Origin: Candidatus Sulfomarinibacteraceae bacterium
Lineage (GTDB): Bacteria > Acidobacteriota > Thermoanaerobaculia > Thermoanaerobaculales > Sulfomarinibacteraceae
Assembly (NCBI GenBank): GCA_963796455.1
Contig: CAWCLO010000008.1
Span: forward strand, 64,001 to 128,000
Direction of reading: 5' to 3'
DNA: 64,000 bases
Part shown: one piece after another, positions 40,938 through 49,651 of the stretch
Position numbering within the stretch: position 1 is the stretch's first letter
Layout: every line of letters begins with the position of its first letter
Made by a program: the position numbers and the translations under genes
The notes under the pieces: generated by a model
Databases searched by the model: none
The model's input: only the letters and a program-made list of their open reading frames with translations
What the model was told of the DNA's origin: nothing

Positions 40938-42703
40938 GCGACAATACTGTCCTCGATCTGTACCGCCACGAACTCGAATCCCAACGTGACCAACACTACT
41001 TCCACTACAACCTGGATGGTCACACCACCCTGAGCACCGCTGAGTTCTTCAAACGAACAGCCGGGCTTGCCGGGGGGCTCGAAAAACTCGGTGTTCGCCG
41101 CGGCGACCGGGTGATGCTCCTAACCGACAACCGTCCGGAGTGGCACATGGTCGATCTCGCGACCATCGACGTGGGTGCGGCGGATGTCCCGATTTACGGC
41201 ACCCTGACGGCCGATCAGATCGGCTACCAGGTCAAAGACTCCGGTGCGAAAGTGGCTGTCGTCGAAAACCCCGAGCAGATGGCGAAGTTCCTCGAGGTTT
41301 TTGGTGACTGCGCTGATCTCGAGCACTTGATTCAGATCGAAGGGGCGTGTGGTGATGGAGTGCTCTCGCTTGACGAGGTCATCGAGTCCGGGAGCTCTGG
41401 CGACGCTGAGGACCTCTTCTGGCAGCGTGCAGACAAGGTGGCCGCTGAGGATCTTCTGACCCTGATCTACACTTCGGGTACGACAGGGAATCCCAAAGGC
41501 GTCACGCTCACCCACGAGAACCTGGTCCAGAACGTGATCCCTTCGGCGGAACGCGCTCCGGTCGGGCGCGACGATTTCTGTCTCGAGTTCCTGCCTCTGT
41601 GCCACGTGTTCGAGCGGATGCTTGGGTATCTCTATATGTACCGTGGTGTGACCAAGGCCTACTGTTCGGTCTACCACGTCGGAGATCTGTTGGCATCGAT
41701 CCGCCCGACCGTCTTTGCCAGCGTGCCGCGGATTTATGAAAAGGTCTACGACAAGGTCATGGACAAGGTGAACTCAGCCCCGGCAGTTCGTCGGGCGCTC
41801 TTCAACTGGGCCCTCGGAACCGGTCGCAAATTCTACCCGGAACAACTCGCTGGAGCGGCATCGGGAGGGCTGGCTCACACGCTGGCGGACAAGATCGTCT
41901 TGTCGAAGGTGCGTGAGGCGCTCGGCGGCCGGCTCCGGTTTTGCGTTTCCGGCGGCGCGCCGCTGCCGCTCTTCATCAATGAGTTTTTCCACTCCATCGG
42001 CGTTCGGATCCTCGAGGGTTATGGGCTCACCGAAACTTCACCGGTGATCGCCGTCAACGGTTTTGGCGGTGGTCTGACCCGGCTCGGGACCGTTGGTCAG
42101 CCGATATCGAATGTCGAAGCCAAGATCGCCGATGACGGCGAATTGTGCGTCAAAGGCCCTTCGGTTATGAAGGGGTATTGGAACCTGCCGGAGAAGACCT
42201 CCGAGGTCTTCGATGGCGACGGGTATTTTCTCACCGGTGATATTGCCGAAATCGACAGCGATGGTTTTATCCGAATTACCGACCGCAAAAAAGACATCAT
42301 CGTCAACGCGGGTGGCAAGAACATCGCACCGCAACCGATCGAGGCCGAACTCAAAAAATCGCCGTTGGTCGACAACGCCGTGATCATCGGCGATCGTCGT
42401 CCCTTCCTGGTCGTCCTGTTGTCCCCCAATTCTGAGGAGCTCGAGAAGTGGGCCGGAAATCAGGGCATTTCGTTCGCATCGGTGGAGGATCTCACCCGCC
42501 ACCCGCAAGTGGTCGAGGCGTATCAAAAGGTGATCGAGACGACAAATTCCGGACTGGCACGTTACGAACAGATCAAAAAGCACGCTGTTCTGCCGCTCAT
42601 GTTGTCGATTGATGATGGGACTCTGACTCCGACCCTCAAGGTCAAACGACGGGTGGTCGAAGGTCAGTACGAGGATCTTATCGAGGGCATGTACGAGGGG
42701 TAG
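40934..42703 (+). CDS. fadD: Long-chain fatty acid--CoA ligase
   Basis: IYTSGTTGNPKGV, EGYGLTET, TGDI..DRKKDIIV..GGKNIAP, LTPTLKVKR; GTGA overlap with the TetR gene. Confidence 0.88.
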   Translation: MSDNTVLDLYRHELESQRDQHYFHYNLDGHTTLSTAEFFKRTAGLAGGLEKLGVRRGDRVMLLTDNRPEWHMVDLATIDVGAADVPIYGTLTADQIGYQVKDSGAKVAVVENPEQMAKFLEVFGDCADLEHLIQIEGACGDGVLSLDEVIESGSSGDAEDLFWQRADKVAAEDLLTLIYTSGTTGNPKGVTLTHENLVQNVIPSAERAPVGRDDFCLEFLPLCHVFERMLGYLYMYRGVTKAYCSVYHVGDLLASIRPTVFASVPRIYEKVYDKVMDKVNSAPAVRRALFNWALGTGRKFYPEQLAGAASGGLAHTLADKIVLSKVREALGGRLRFCVSGGAPLPLFINEFFHSIGVRILEGYGLTETSPVIAVNGFGGGLTRLGTVGQPISNVEAKIADDGELCVKGPSVMKGYWNLPEKTSEVFDGDGYFLTGDIAEIDSDGFIRITDRKKDIIVNAGGKNIAPQPIEAELKKSPLVDNAVIIGDRRPFLVVLLSPNSEELEKWAGNQGISFASVEDLTRHPQVVEAYQKVIETTNSGLARYEQIKKHAVLPLMLSIDDGTLTPTLKVKRRVVEGQYEDLIEGMYEG

Positions 42704-42731
42704 GGTCGACGCCCCACTGTCTTTGGGTTGC

Positions 42732-42821
42732 ATATCGCGATCGCTATCGGTATCGCAATCGCTATCGACCGGCCAGGCCCATCGCACATCATTCGATAGC
42801 GATCCCGATAGCGATAGCGAG
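42732..42821. repeat. Inverted pair of hexamer arrays (ATCGCT/ATCGGT.. versus GATAGC/GATCCC..)
   Basis: Lies between convergent stops at 42703 and 42869 and can fold into a long imperfect hairpin. Confidence 0.75.
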
Positions 42822-42868
42822 AGCGGATCCCTGCCGGATTGAGAGCAGACTCTTGGCGGGAACCGCCT

Positions 42869-44374
42869 CTACTCTTTAAGCCGCTCGACGACGAGCAGCG
42901 TCGCGTCGTCCTGCATCGGCGCGCCGTTGGTGAATTCCTCGACGGCGGCCAGGATGCTCTCGCAGACGCTGTCTGCGGTGGGGTTGGAGAGCTTGGAAAT
43001 CAAATCGGCAACCCGCTCGACGCCGAACTCTTCCTCATCGGCGTCCTCAGCTTCGGTGATTCCATCGGTGAAGAGAACCATCAAATCACCCGGCTCGAGT
43101 TTTGCGCTATCGTCGCGGTAGGTCGCGATCGCCATGATGCCGAGGGGCAGGCCGCTGCTCACGATCTCCTCGATGCTGCCATCGTTGCGCCTTAGGAGGA
43201 CCGGCAAATGGCCTGCATTGACTGCGTGGAGCTCGCCATCGGGTCGAATGCTCGCCATCGCAAAGGTCGCAAAGCGATTGTCTGCTGTTGCGCCGGAAAG
43301 ATATCGGTTGATGGTGGCGGCCAGTTCGGAAAGATCGCCTGTTCCGTCGGCCATCAATCGCACGCCGGCGTGCACGCCCGAGGCGATCATGCCGGCACCG
43401 ACACCTTTGCCAGAAACGTCGGAGACGGTTGCAATCAAGACGCCGTTCCGGAGCAGGACGTCATAGGTGTCGCCTGCAACCTGAAGGCTGGACGAGGACC
43501 GCGCCGCAAGTCGAAAACCTGGAAACTCGGGATAGTCCTGCGGGTGGAGGTGGGACTGGATGACCGCCGCCACTTCCATCTCACGTCGAAGGCGTTCTCG
43601 CTCGAGGGATTCCTGGGTGAGACGCACGTATTCAAGGGCAACCGTGACCTGAACCGCAAAAAGCTCGAGGAGCCGAACATCGTTGGGTGCAAAGGGCTCG
43701 GTTCCGGAACGGGCCTCTTTTTCGGCCGCGGCGATCACGCCGAGAGGACCCGAGTCGGACTGTAAGGGCACCGCAACAAGTTCGTCGGTGTAGATCCCCT
43801 GAGTCCATGCCAGAGGCAGATCTTTCATTTCGAGCCGTGATGGGCCAAAGCCACCGACACTCGACGCGGATTCCGGTGCGTCTCCGAGATAGATGTGGGC
43901 GCTTCGGACACCGAGCAGCCCGACCAGGTGGCTGATCAGCTCCTCGGCCAACTTCGAAGTGTCGAGAATGCCACCGATTCCGGTGGCGATCGATCGGATC
44001 GCCTCCAGCTCCCAGAGGTGAAAGCGTTCGTCGAACTTGGTGCGCTTGAGCTCTTCGCGGAGTTGCCAGGCGCTCAGACCGAGGCGGGTCGCATTGAGCG
44101 CCGACTCATCCAAACGATCGAGGTGGAGCAATCGGATACACCAGCCGCCGTCGATCCCGCTGAAGGGAAGCTCGCTCCAACCGTCGGTTGCCTCTTCGAC
44201 CTGTTCGGAAACGGTTCGCGGCCACCGGGCGACCGCGCGGTCGCCGCGGCGCAGGATCCCCGCCCGTGAACCGGTTTCTTCAACGACCGCTCGGAGAACT
44301 TCCTCGGGGAGGTCCGGCCCGGCGTGGCCGCTGAGGGCGAGATCCGCCAGGCGGAGGAGGTCAGACAGCGGCAT
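42869..44374 (-). CDS. GAF + SpoIIE/PP2C Ser phosphatase (RsbU-like)
   Basis: VAGDTYD, SDVSGKGVGA, NAGHLP, FTDGITEA, QDDATL. Confidence 0.9.
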   Translation of the reverse strand: MPLSDLLRLADLALSGHAGPDLPEEVLRAVVEETGSRAGILRRGDRAVARWPRTVSEQVEEATDGWSELPFSGIDGGWCIRLLHLDRLDESALNATRLGLSAWQLREELKRTKFDERFHLWELEAIRSIATGIGGILDTSKLAEELISHLVGLLGVRSAHIYLGDAPESASSVGGFGPSRLEMKDLPLAWTQGIYTDELVAVPLQSDSGPLGVIAAAEKEARSGTEPFAPNDVRLLELFAVQVTVALEYVRLTQESLERERLRREMEVAAVIQSHLHPQDYPEFPGFRLAARSSSSLQVAGDTYDVLLRNGVLIATVSDVSGKGVGAGMIASGVHAGVRLMADGTGDLSELAATINRYLSGATADNRFATFAMASIRPDGELHAVNAGHLPVLLRRNDGSIEEIVSSGLPLGIMAIATYRDDSAKLEPGDLMVLFTDGITEAEDADEEEFGVERVADLISKLSNPTADSVCESILAAVEEFTNGAPMQDDATLLVVERLKE

Positions 44375-44729
44375 CCACGTCGATCGCGGCCTGCGCGGCA
44401 ACGCGGTCCGGGTAGACCGCCGCATACTGCACCAAACCCATTATTTCGAAGGTCTTGGCGATTGTCGGTGTCAGGTTGCAGAAGGCCAGCTTGCCCTTTT
44501 CATCCATCAACTTTTCGAGGATCTCGAGCAGGATCGAGACCCCGATCGAGTTGATGATCCGCGTCCCATCGAGGTCGATGAGCAGGGTCTTGGCCCCCTG
44601 GTCCATCAACTCGGTCGCCGCATCAGCGATGGCCTGTCCGCCCTCATTGTTGATGTATCCAGTCGCTGCGATCAGACCGACGTTGTCGTTCAAAAGGTCA
44701 CGAGAAATCGTGATGCGATCTTCGTTCAT
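44361..44729 (-). CDS. STAS domain anti-anti-sigma factor (RsbV-like)
   Basis: GYINNEGG..LLIDL..INSIGVS (phospho-acceptor Ser)..FEIMGL. Confidence 0.9.
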   Translation of the reverse strand: MNEDRITISRDLLNDNVGLIAATGYINNEGGQAIADAATELMDQGAKTLLIDLDGTRIINSIGVSILLEILEKLMDEKGKLAFCNLTPTIAKTFEIMGLVQYAAVYPDRVAAQAAIDVDAAV

Positions 44730-45142
44730 TATGCACTCTCCACATACTTCCGCATGGATACCAGCGTCATGCCCGGGGTCGACTCGATGTGCACCTCGTC
44801 CATCAGCTCTCGTATCAGGGTCAGGCCCCAGCCGCGCTTGGAGGCGCTGCCGAGAACCCTCGTCGAGCTGTTTTTTGGTGCCGTTGCCGGATCGAAGCCA
44901 TGACCGTGGTCTTCTACCTCGATGACCAAACACGGTTTTGCGTCGTGGTTCTCACTTCGCAGGCGGACCGTGACCGGACCCCCCCCGTGCTCCATGGCAT
45001 TGAGACAAGCCTCGACCATGGCTACGCTTGCGGCTTCCACGTGGGTCTGCTGCATACCTAAGGCCCCGCCGACGGTTTCTACAGCCTTGGCCGCCACCAG
45101 CTCCACGTTTGACACCACCGGAAGGTGCAGCACCACCTCCAT
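44729..45142 (-). CDS. Anti-sigma factor / Ser kinase (RsbW-like, HATPase_c_2)
   Basis: EACLNAMEHG, EDHGHGFD, RGWGLTLIRELMDEV. Confidence 0.9.
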   Translation of the reverse strand: MEVVLHLPVVSNVELVAAKAVETVGGALGMQQTHVEAASVAMVEACLNAMEHGGGPVTVRLRSENHDAKPCLVIEVEDHGHGFDPATAPKNSSTRVLGSASKRGWGLTLIRELMDEVHIESTPGMTLVSMRKYVESA

Positions 45143-45149
45143 GATGAGC

Positions 45150-45302
45150 CTATAACTGTAACAGAACCTGGGTCAGCGTCCACGCCAATTGGAGTTGTTC
45201 CAAGGGGAATTCAATGCTGAGGTTCAGTACTTGGGCCGCGGTTGCGGCCAGTGTTGAGAGTGCTGCGGTCGTGGAATACCGCTTCAGCGCCTGTGACCTC
45301 AT
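45150..45302 (-). CDS. 50-aa small protein (below the ORF-track cutoff)
   Basis: GGAGG RBS, then MRSQALKRYSTTAALSTLAATAAQVLNLSIEFPLEQLQLAWTLTQVLLQL*. It sits just behind a sigma54 promoter and ends 7 nt before the rsbW-like start. Confidence 0.65.
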   Translation of the reverse strand: MRSQALKRYSTTAALSTLAATAAQVLNLSIEFPLEQLQLAWTLTQVLLQL

Positions 45303-45327
45303 CAAACAACCTCCGCCAGGGCAGATC

Positions 45328-45342
45328 GCAAGATGTATGCCA
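45328..45342 (-). promoter_or_regulatory. sigma54 (-24/-12) promoter
   Basis: Minus strand TGGCATACATCTTGC with correct GG-N10-GC spacing. Confidence 0.8.
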
Positions 45343-45372
45343 GCAAAACATTCGGTAATTGAACCAAGGAAA

Positions 45373-45389
45373 TGTTGTGTTTTGCAACA
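45373..45389. promoter_or_regulatory. Candidate activator-binding site TGTTG-N7-CAACA
   Basis: Palindrome upstream of the sigma54 promoter; a related copy TGTTGCAAAACGCTGCA lies at 45471-45487. Confidence 0.5.
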
Positions 45390-45446
45390 CGGTGAGAGTC
45401 GAACGAATCAAAGTTGACTTAAAGTATTGTAAAGGTTTGTTTTATA

Positions 45447-46928
45447 TTAATTGATGCTTTTTGCATCGTATGTTGCAAAACGCTGCATTTTGCGATAGAG
45501 GGTTGTACGATCGATGCCCAGAATCCGAGCCGCCTCCTGGCGGTTGCCATCGACCGCTTCGAGAACACCCTCGATGTGGCGACGTTCAATCTCGTTCAGG
45601 CTCAGCATCCCGGTGGAGCTTGGCTGGGGGCTGCCTTCGGCCCCGAGTCGAAGGTCTTCGATCGAAATCGTTTCTTCAGGCGAGAGCGCGATCGCCGCCT
45701 GGATGGCATTTTCCAACTCCCGGACATTGCCCGGGAAGGGGTGGCTCATGAGGGCGGCCAGGGCCTCGCGGGACAAGGAGAGCCCCGGTCGACCGAATCG
45801 TTCTCCATAGAGTTCGAGAAAATGGCGGGCCAGCAGCGGGATATCGGTTCGACGTTCTCGCAATGGCGGTACATCAACGACGACCACCCGGAGACGGTAG
45901 TACAGATCTCGCCGGAACTCACCCAGTTCGACCATGGCTTCGAGATCACGGTTGGTTGCGGTCACCAGGTGGAGATCGACCGGGATTCTCTCGCGGCCGC
46001 CAAGGCGTTCGAGTTCCCGCTCCTGTACAACCCGGAGCAATTTGGCCTGGAGAGCCAGCGAAAGATCCCCGACCTCGTCGAGGAAGAGAGTGCCTCCGTG
46101 AGCCAACTCGATCTTTCCGTGGCGACGCTGCACACCTGTGGCCACGCCTTCTTCGATGCCAAAGAGCTCGGACTCCAGAAGAGACTCGGGTAGGGCGGCG
46201 CAGTTGAGTGGAACAAACGGACCCGAGGCGCGATCTGAAAAGGAATGCAACAGTCCGGCGATCCGCTCCTTGCCGACTCCGGATTCGCCGCGGATCATCA
46301 CGTTGACCCCGGTGGGTGCGGCCCTTCGGACCAGTTCCAGCATCTCTGCAATACCCGGTGCCTCGCCGATGAATCCTTCCCTCCGAGCGACATCCCGGAG
46401 GGCGCGGTTCTCATCCGCAAGCCGTTGTCTTTCTCGTTCGATGGCCGCCACACGCCGAGCCGTCGCCACCGCGGTTGCCACCATACTCGCCATCGACATC
46501 AAGAATCGTGCGTCGTTTTCAGAAAATGGTATCCGACCCTGCCGGGTTTCCTTGTCGCCAAGCACCACCATGCCGACTGTCCGTTGTTGCCACAGCATGG
46601 GTGCCGCCATGAGTTCGAAGGGCGGTTCTTCAGTATTGCGCTGTGCACGAACCACCTGGCCCGCCGCAAGGTCCTCGAGCAGGTGGGCATCGAAGAAAGA
46701 ACGAACAGTCTCGGTATTCTGCGGCAGGCCTTCCGAGCGGACGACTGCCTCCTGGCCACCGGGGTGAAGCGTACTGACGAGCCCGGAACCTGCATCGAGG
46801 GTGCCGACTGCACGTTGCAGGAGCTCCTCGACCAACTCCTCTTCGGACAGAACACCACCAATGGTCAGTGACAGATCGACCAGGGTTTCGAGCTGCAGCC
46901 CGCGCCAGTTGCGATCAAAGGAGTCCAT
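45447..46928 (-). CDS. sigma54-dependent transcriptional activator (GAF-AAA+-Fis HTH)
   Basis: GESGVGKE, NCAALPESLLESELFG, GVATGV (GAFTGA variant), GTLFLDEVGD, FPGNVRELEN, HTH LGIDRTTLYRK. Confidence 0.93.
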   Translation of the reverse strand: MDSFDRNWRGLQLETLVDLSLTIGGVLSEEELVEELLQRAVGTLDAGSGLVSTLHPGGQEAVVRSEGLPQNTETVRSFFDAHLLEDLAAGQVVRAQRNTEEPPFELMAAPMLWQQRTVGMVVLGDKETRQGRIPFSENDARFLMSMASMVATAVATARRVAAIERERQRLADENRALRDVARREGFIGEAPGIAEMLELVRRAAPTGVNVMIRGESGVGKERIAGLLHSFSDRASGPFVPLNCAALPESLLESELFGIEEGVATGVQRRHGKIELAHGGTLFLDEVGDLSLALQAKLLRVVQERELERLGGRERIPVDLHLVTATNRDLEAMVELGEFRRDLYYRLRVVVVDVPPLRERRTDIPLLARHFLELYGERFGRPGLSLSREALAALMSHPFPGNVRELENAIQAAIALSPEETISIEDLRLGAEGSPQPSSTGMLSLNEIERRHIEGVLEAVDGNRQEAARILGIDRTTLYRKMQRFATYDAKSIN

Positions 46929-46991
46929 CTCGTCTCAGTGTAGCGTGGACGATCTCTCTGCTGCTCGATTGCTGAGTGGTGATCGCAGTTC

Positions 46992-47207
46992 TCAGCCTTC
47001 GGGCGAGTGTCCGATGAGCGCCTTCGGGGGTGGTGTTTGTTCCCCGGGCTCGGGCGCAGTCGAGGCCGCCATGGCGATGAAGAGCCCCACCACGTACAAA
47101 ATGATGACAAGTCGGGCAAGGCTGAATCCCGGTTTCGACAGTGCGGCCTCGGCAGCACAGTCGGGAATCTCCTCCGGGGAGGCGGTGTTCAGAGTTGGTG
47201 TCTCCAT
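46992..47207 (-). CDS. 71-aa single-pass membrane protein
   Basis: GGAG RBS; METPTLN..LARLVIILYVVGLFIAMAAS..; directly behind a sigma54 promoter. Confidence 0.6.
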   Translation of the reverse strand: METPTLNTASPEEIPDCAAEAALSKPGFSLARLVIILYVVGLFIAMAASTAPEPGEQTPPPKALIGHSPEG

Positions 47208-47229
47208 TCTCGCTCCGGGGGAGATTGTC

Positions 47230-47244
47230 GCAAGACTGATGCCA
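47230..47244 (-). promoter_or_regulatory. sigma54 (-24/-12) promoter
   Basis: Minus strand TGGCATCAGTCTTGC with correct spacing, 22 nt before ATG 47207. Confidence 0.75.
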
Positions 47245-47358
47245 GGATCGACAAAGGCCCCTCGGGAATGGTGCTGTCCGGTGTGTTTCAAGTCGGAACA
47301 GTTCCCTGTTGTGGCTGCTGTACAATGCGCGGCCGAAGAACGTTGTTCGTGGAGTCGG

Positions 47359-48714
47359 ATGTTGAAGAATTCAAATTTCCTGATGCTCGCAATAATCAGT
47401 TTCCTGGCCGCGGCGGCCATTGTTCCGGGTGCGCGCTGTGAAGCGGCCGAGCAACGTCCGTCGATTGTGGTGATCACTGTCGACGCATTGCGGGCCGATC
47501 GACTCGGCTGCTACGGTTACGAACGATCGACGTCGCCGAATATCGATCGTCTGGTGGCCCGGGGAGTCCGATTCGAACGCGCGTGGACCCCTGAACCCTT
47601 GACCGGACCCGCCATGTGCTCGATGGTGACCGGGCTCTTGCCGCACCAACACGCCGCTTCGAGGAACGGTCTCCGCATGAAGGCGGGCCTCGATTCTTTT
47701 CCGCTCGCGCTGGCGGAGCAGGGCTGGAACACGGCGGCCTTCGTCGGAACCTGGACTCTCAAGGACAAATTGACGCGGCTCGGGGAGCACTTCGACGACT
47801 ATGGTGAACGCCTCAAGCGCAAGCGATGGTTCGGGGTCCTCAACAGCGAAGCGACCGCGGAAGACGTCACCGATGACGCGCTCGACTGGGTCAAAAATAT
47901 CAACAAAACCGACCCGGACTCGCCTTTTCTTCTCTGGACCCATTACATCGAACCTCACGCGCCCTACAGGTTTCACGATGAGTACGCCGAGCGCCTGGAT
48001 GTCAACAACGACAAACTGACCAAGTCAGACCGATACGACACCGAAATCGCCGCGGTGGACGAAAGCATCGGTCTTCTACTCGATGGAATCAGGAGATACG
48101 TCCATGAACGTGACCTGATCGTTGTCTTCACCGCCGACCATGGAGAGAGCCTCGGGGAGCATCACTACTGGGGTCACGGCCGCTACCTCTATGAGCCGTC
48201 GCTCAGGGTGCCGCTGGCGATCGTCTGGGAAGGGCGGATCGAGGCAGGCAGCGTGACCGAACAGGCCAATCTGATCGATCTCGCTCCGACCTTGCTCGGG
48301 CTCGCAGGCCTCGAAGCGCCGGATGATCTCCCGGGCCTGGACTGGTCGGATTCAATCCTCGCGAATGCTCCCGTTTCCGAGCAGGCTCGTTGCTTTCAGG
48401 CTCACAAGGGCGCGGTCCACGGTGGCCGCGACTCCGAACGGGCCCGATCCAAGGGTCTTTTGTGGGTTGGAGTGATCGACGGGGATCACAAGGAGATCTT
48501 CAAACCTGGTCGCCAGATCCTCCAGATATATGACCTCGGCGCCGATCCCGGTGAGCTCGAGACCCTCGCGACAGTGGAGACACGTCCGTCGGAAGAGCTG
48601 ATTGCCTGTCTGGCCGAGGTGTCCGACGGACTTGGAAGTCTCGATCGCCTGGCGACTCAGAAGCTCGACGACGAAACCATCGAACAGCTCAAAGCTCTCG
48701 GTTATCTCGAGTAG
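47359..48714 (+). CDS. Sulfatase-like / alkaline phosphatase superfamily hydrolase (secreted)
   Basis: VVITVDALRADRLG, SPNID, HYIEPHAPY, YDTEIAAVD, TADHGE, C-terminal LKALGYL. Confidence 0.88.
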   Translation: MLKNSNFLMLAIISFLAAAAIVPGARCEAAEQRPSIVVITVDALRADRLGCYGYERSTSPNIDRLVARGVRFERAWTPEPLTGPAMCSMVTGLLPHQHAASRNGLRMKAGLDSFPLALAEQGWNTAAFVGTWTLKDKLTRLGEHFDDYGERLKRKRWFGVLNSEATAEDVTDDALDWVKNINKTDPDSPFLLWTHYIEPHAPYRFHDEYAERLDVNNDKLTKSDRYDTEIAAVDESIGLLLDGIRRYVHERDLIVVFTADHGESLGEHHYWGHGRYLYEPSLRVPLAIVWEGRIEAGSVTEQANLIDLAPTLLGLAGLEAPDDLPGLDWSDSILANAPVSEQARCFQAHKGAVHGGRDSERARSKGLLWVGVIDGDHKEIFKPGRQILQIYDLGADPGELETLATVETRPSEELIACLAEVSDGLGSLDRLATQKLDDETIEQLKALGYLE

Positions 48715-49184
48715 ATGAGCTCCTCGAGGGCTGCCCTGAGGTGGTCCATCTGCCCGAACCCGAGACGCTGACCGATCTGGCTGGCGAAATAGAGGCAACC
48801 GCCAAGGATGGCGATCAGCGGGATCGCGATGAGGGCCCAGGGGGTCTTTTCGGTGGCCCACTGAGCATAACCCCAGGTGGTGCCGACGAGCAGCGAGAAA
48901 CCGAGACCAAAGGCGAGAAAGAGATAGAAGGTCCAAACGCTCGGGTGGGGCGAAAAGCGGCCACGAATCACCGTTCCGTCGCCGCCTTCGTCGGCCGTGA
49001 CGCTGAGCCATGGCGACCACACCCTCCGTTCGTTTTCCGGGACGAAGAGCTCAGCATGGCGGCCGATCGAAACACCGGTGCAATGTGGACATGAAGGAAG
49101 CCGTTCGCGAAGTTGCTCCATGAGACTGTCGGGGTCTGTGCCAACTTCGAGTTCGAAACGAGGTCGGACTCTCGGTGCCGCCAT
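48702..49184 (-). CDS. Hypothetical membrane protein (2 TM)
   Basis: AGGGGAG RBS; RPRF..WSPWL..GRFSPHPSVWTFY followed by two TM helices. Confidence 0.75.
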   Translation of the reverse strand: MAAPRVRPRFELEVGTDPDSLMEQLRERLPSCPHCTGVSIGRHAELFVPENERRVWSPWLSVTADEGGDGTVIRGRFSPHPSVWTFYLFLAFGLGFSLLVGTTWGYAQWATEKTPWALIAIPLIAILGGCLYFASQIGQRLGFGQMDHLRAALEELIYSR

Positions 49185-49350
49185 TGTTGCTCCCCTGTCC
49201 TTCAAAAATGATTCTTGATCGCAAGTCTACCTCAGCCATCGGTGCAAAAACCTCGGTATACGGTTTGGTCGCCGGGACCGGGGTTGACGGAGGCTGCCTG
49301 GGGATAGACCATATTCTGGTGAGACACGAGGATTCGGAGGTTGAGCCACT

Positions 49351-49647
49351 ATGATCAGACGACGAAAAATCGCTGGTTCTTCAATCGTCAAGGTGAGCTT
49401 TGTTCTGGCGGGAGATGACTCTCGCCTTCCGGCATCGCTGGTGGGTGAATTCAACGATTGGGATCCGGCGGCGGATCCATTCCGTCGCCGTTCCAACGGG
49501 ACCGTCAGCGCCGTCGTGTCGCTCCAGCAGGGGGAATCATGTCGTTTCCGATATCGCAGCCATGATGGTTCGTGGTTTGACGAAGAAAATGCCGATGGTT
49601 ACGATGCGAATTCGTACGGTACGAACGATTGTGTGGTGACGGTCTGA
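49351..49647 (+). CDS. Isoamylase early-set / glycogen-binding domain protein
   Basis: LVGEFNDWDP..L..G...FRY...WFDEENAD..N. Confidence 0.85.
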   Translation: MIRRRKIAGSSIVKVSFVLAGDDSRLPASLVGEFNDWDPAADPFRRRSNGTVSAVVSLQQGESCRFRYRSHDGSWFDEENADGYDANSYGTNDCVVTV

Positions 49648-49651
49648 GTTT

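Noticed and set aside
46801..47358. N-terminal extension of the 637-aa sulfatase ORF
   Set aside because: It overlaps minus-strand genes and a promoter; the signal peptide and RBS indicate a start at 47359.
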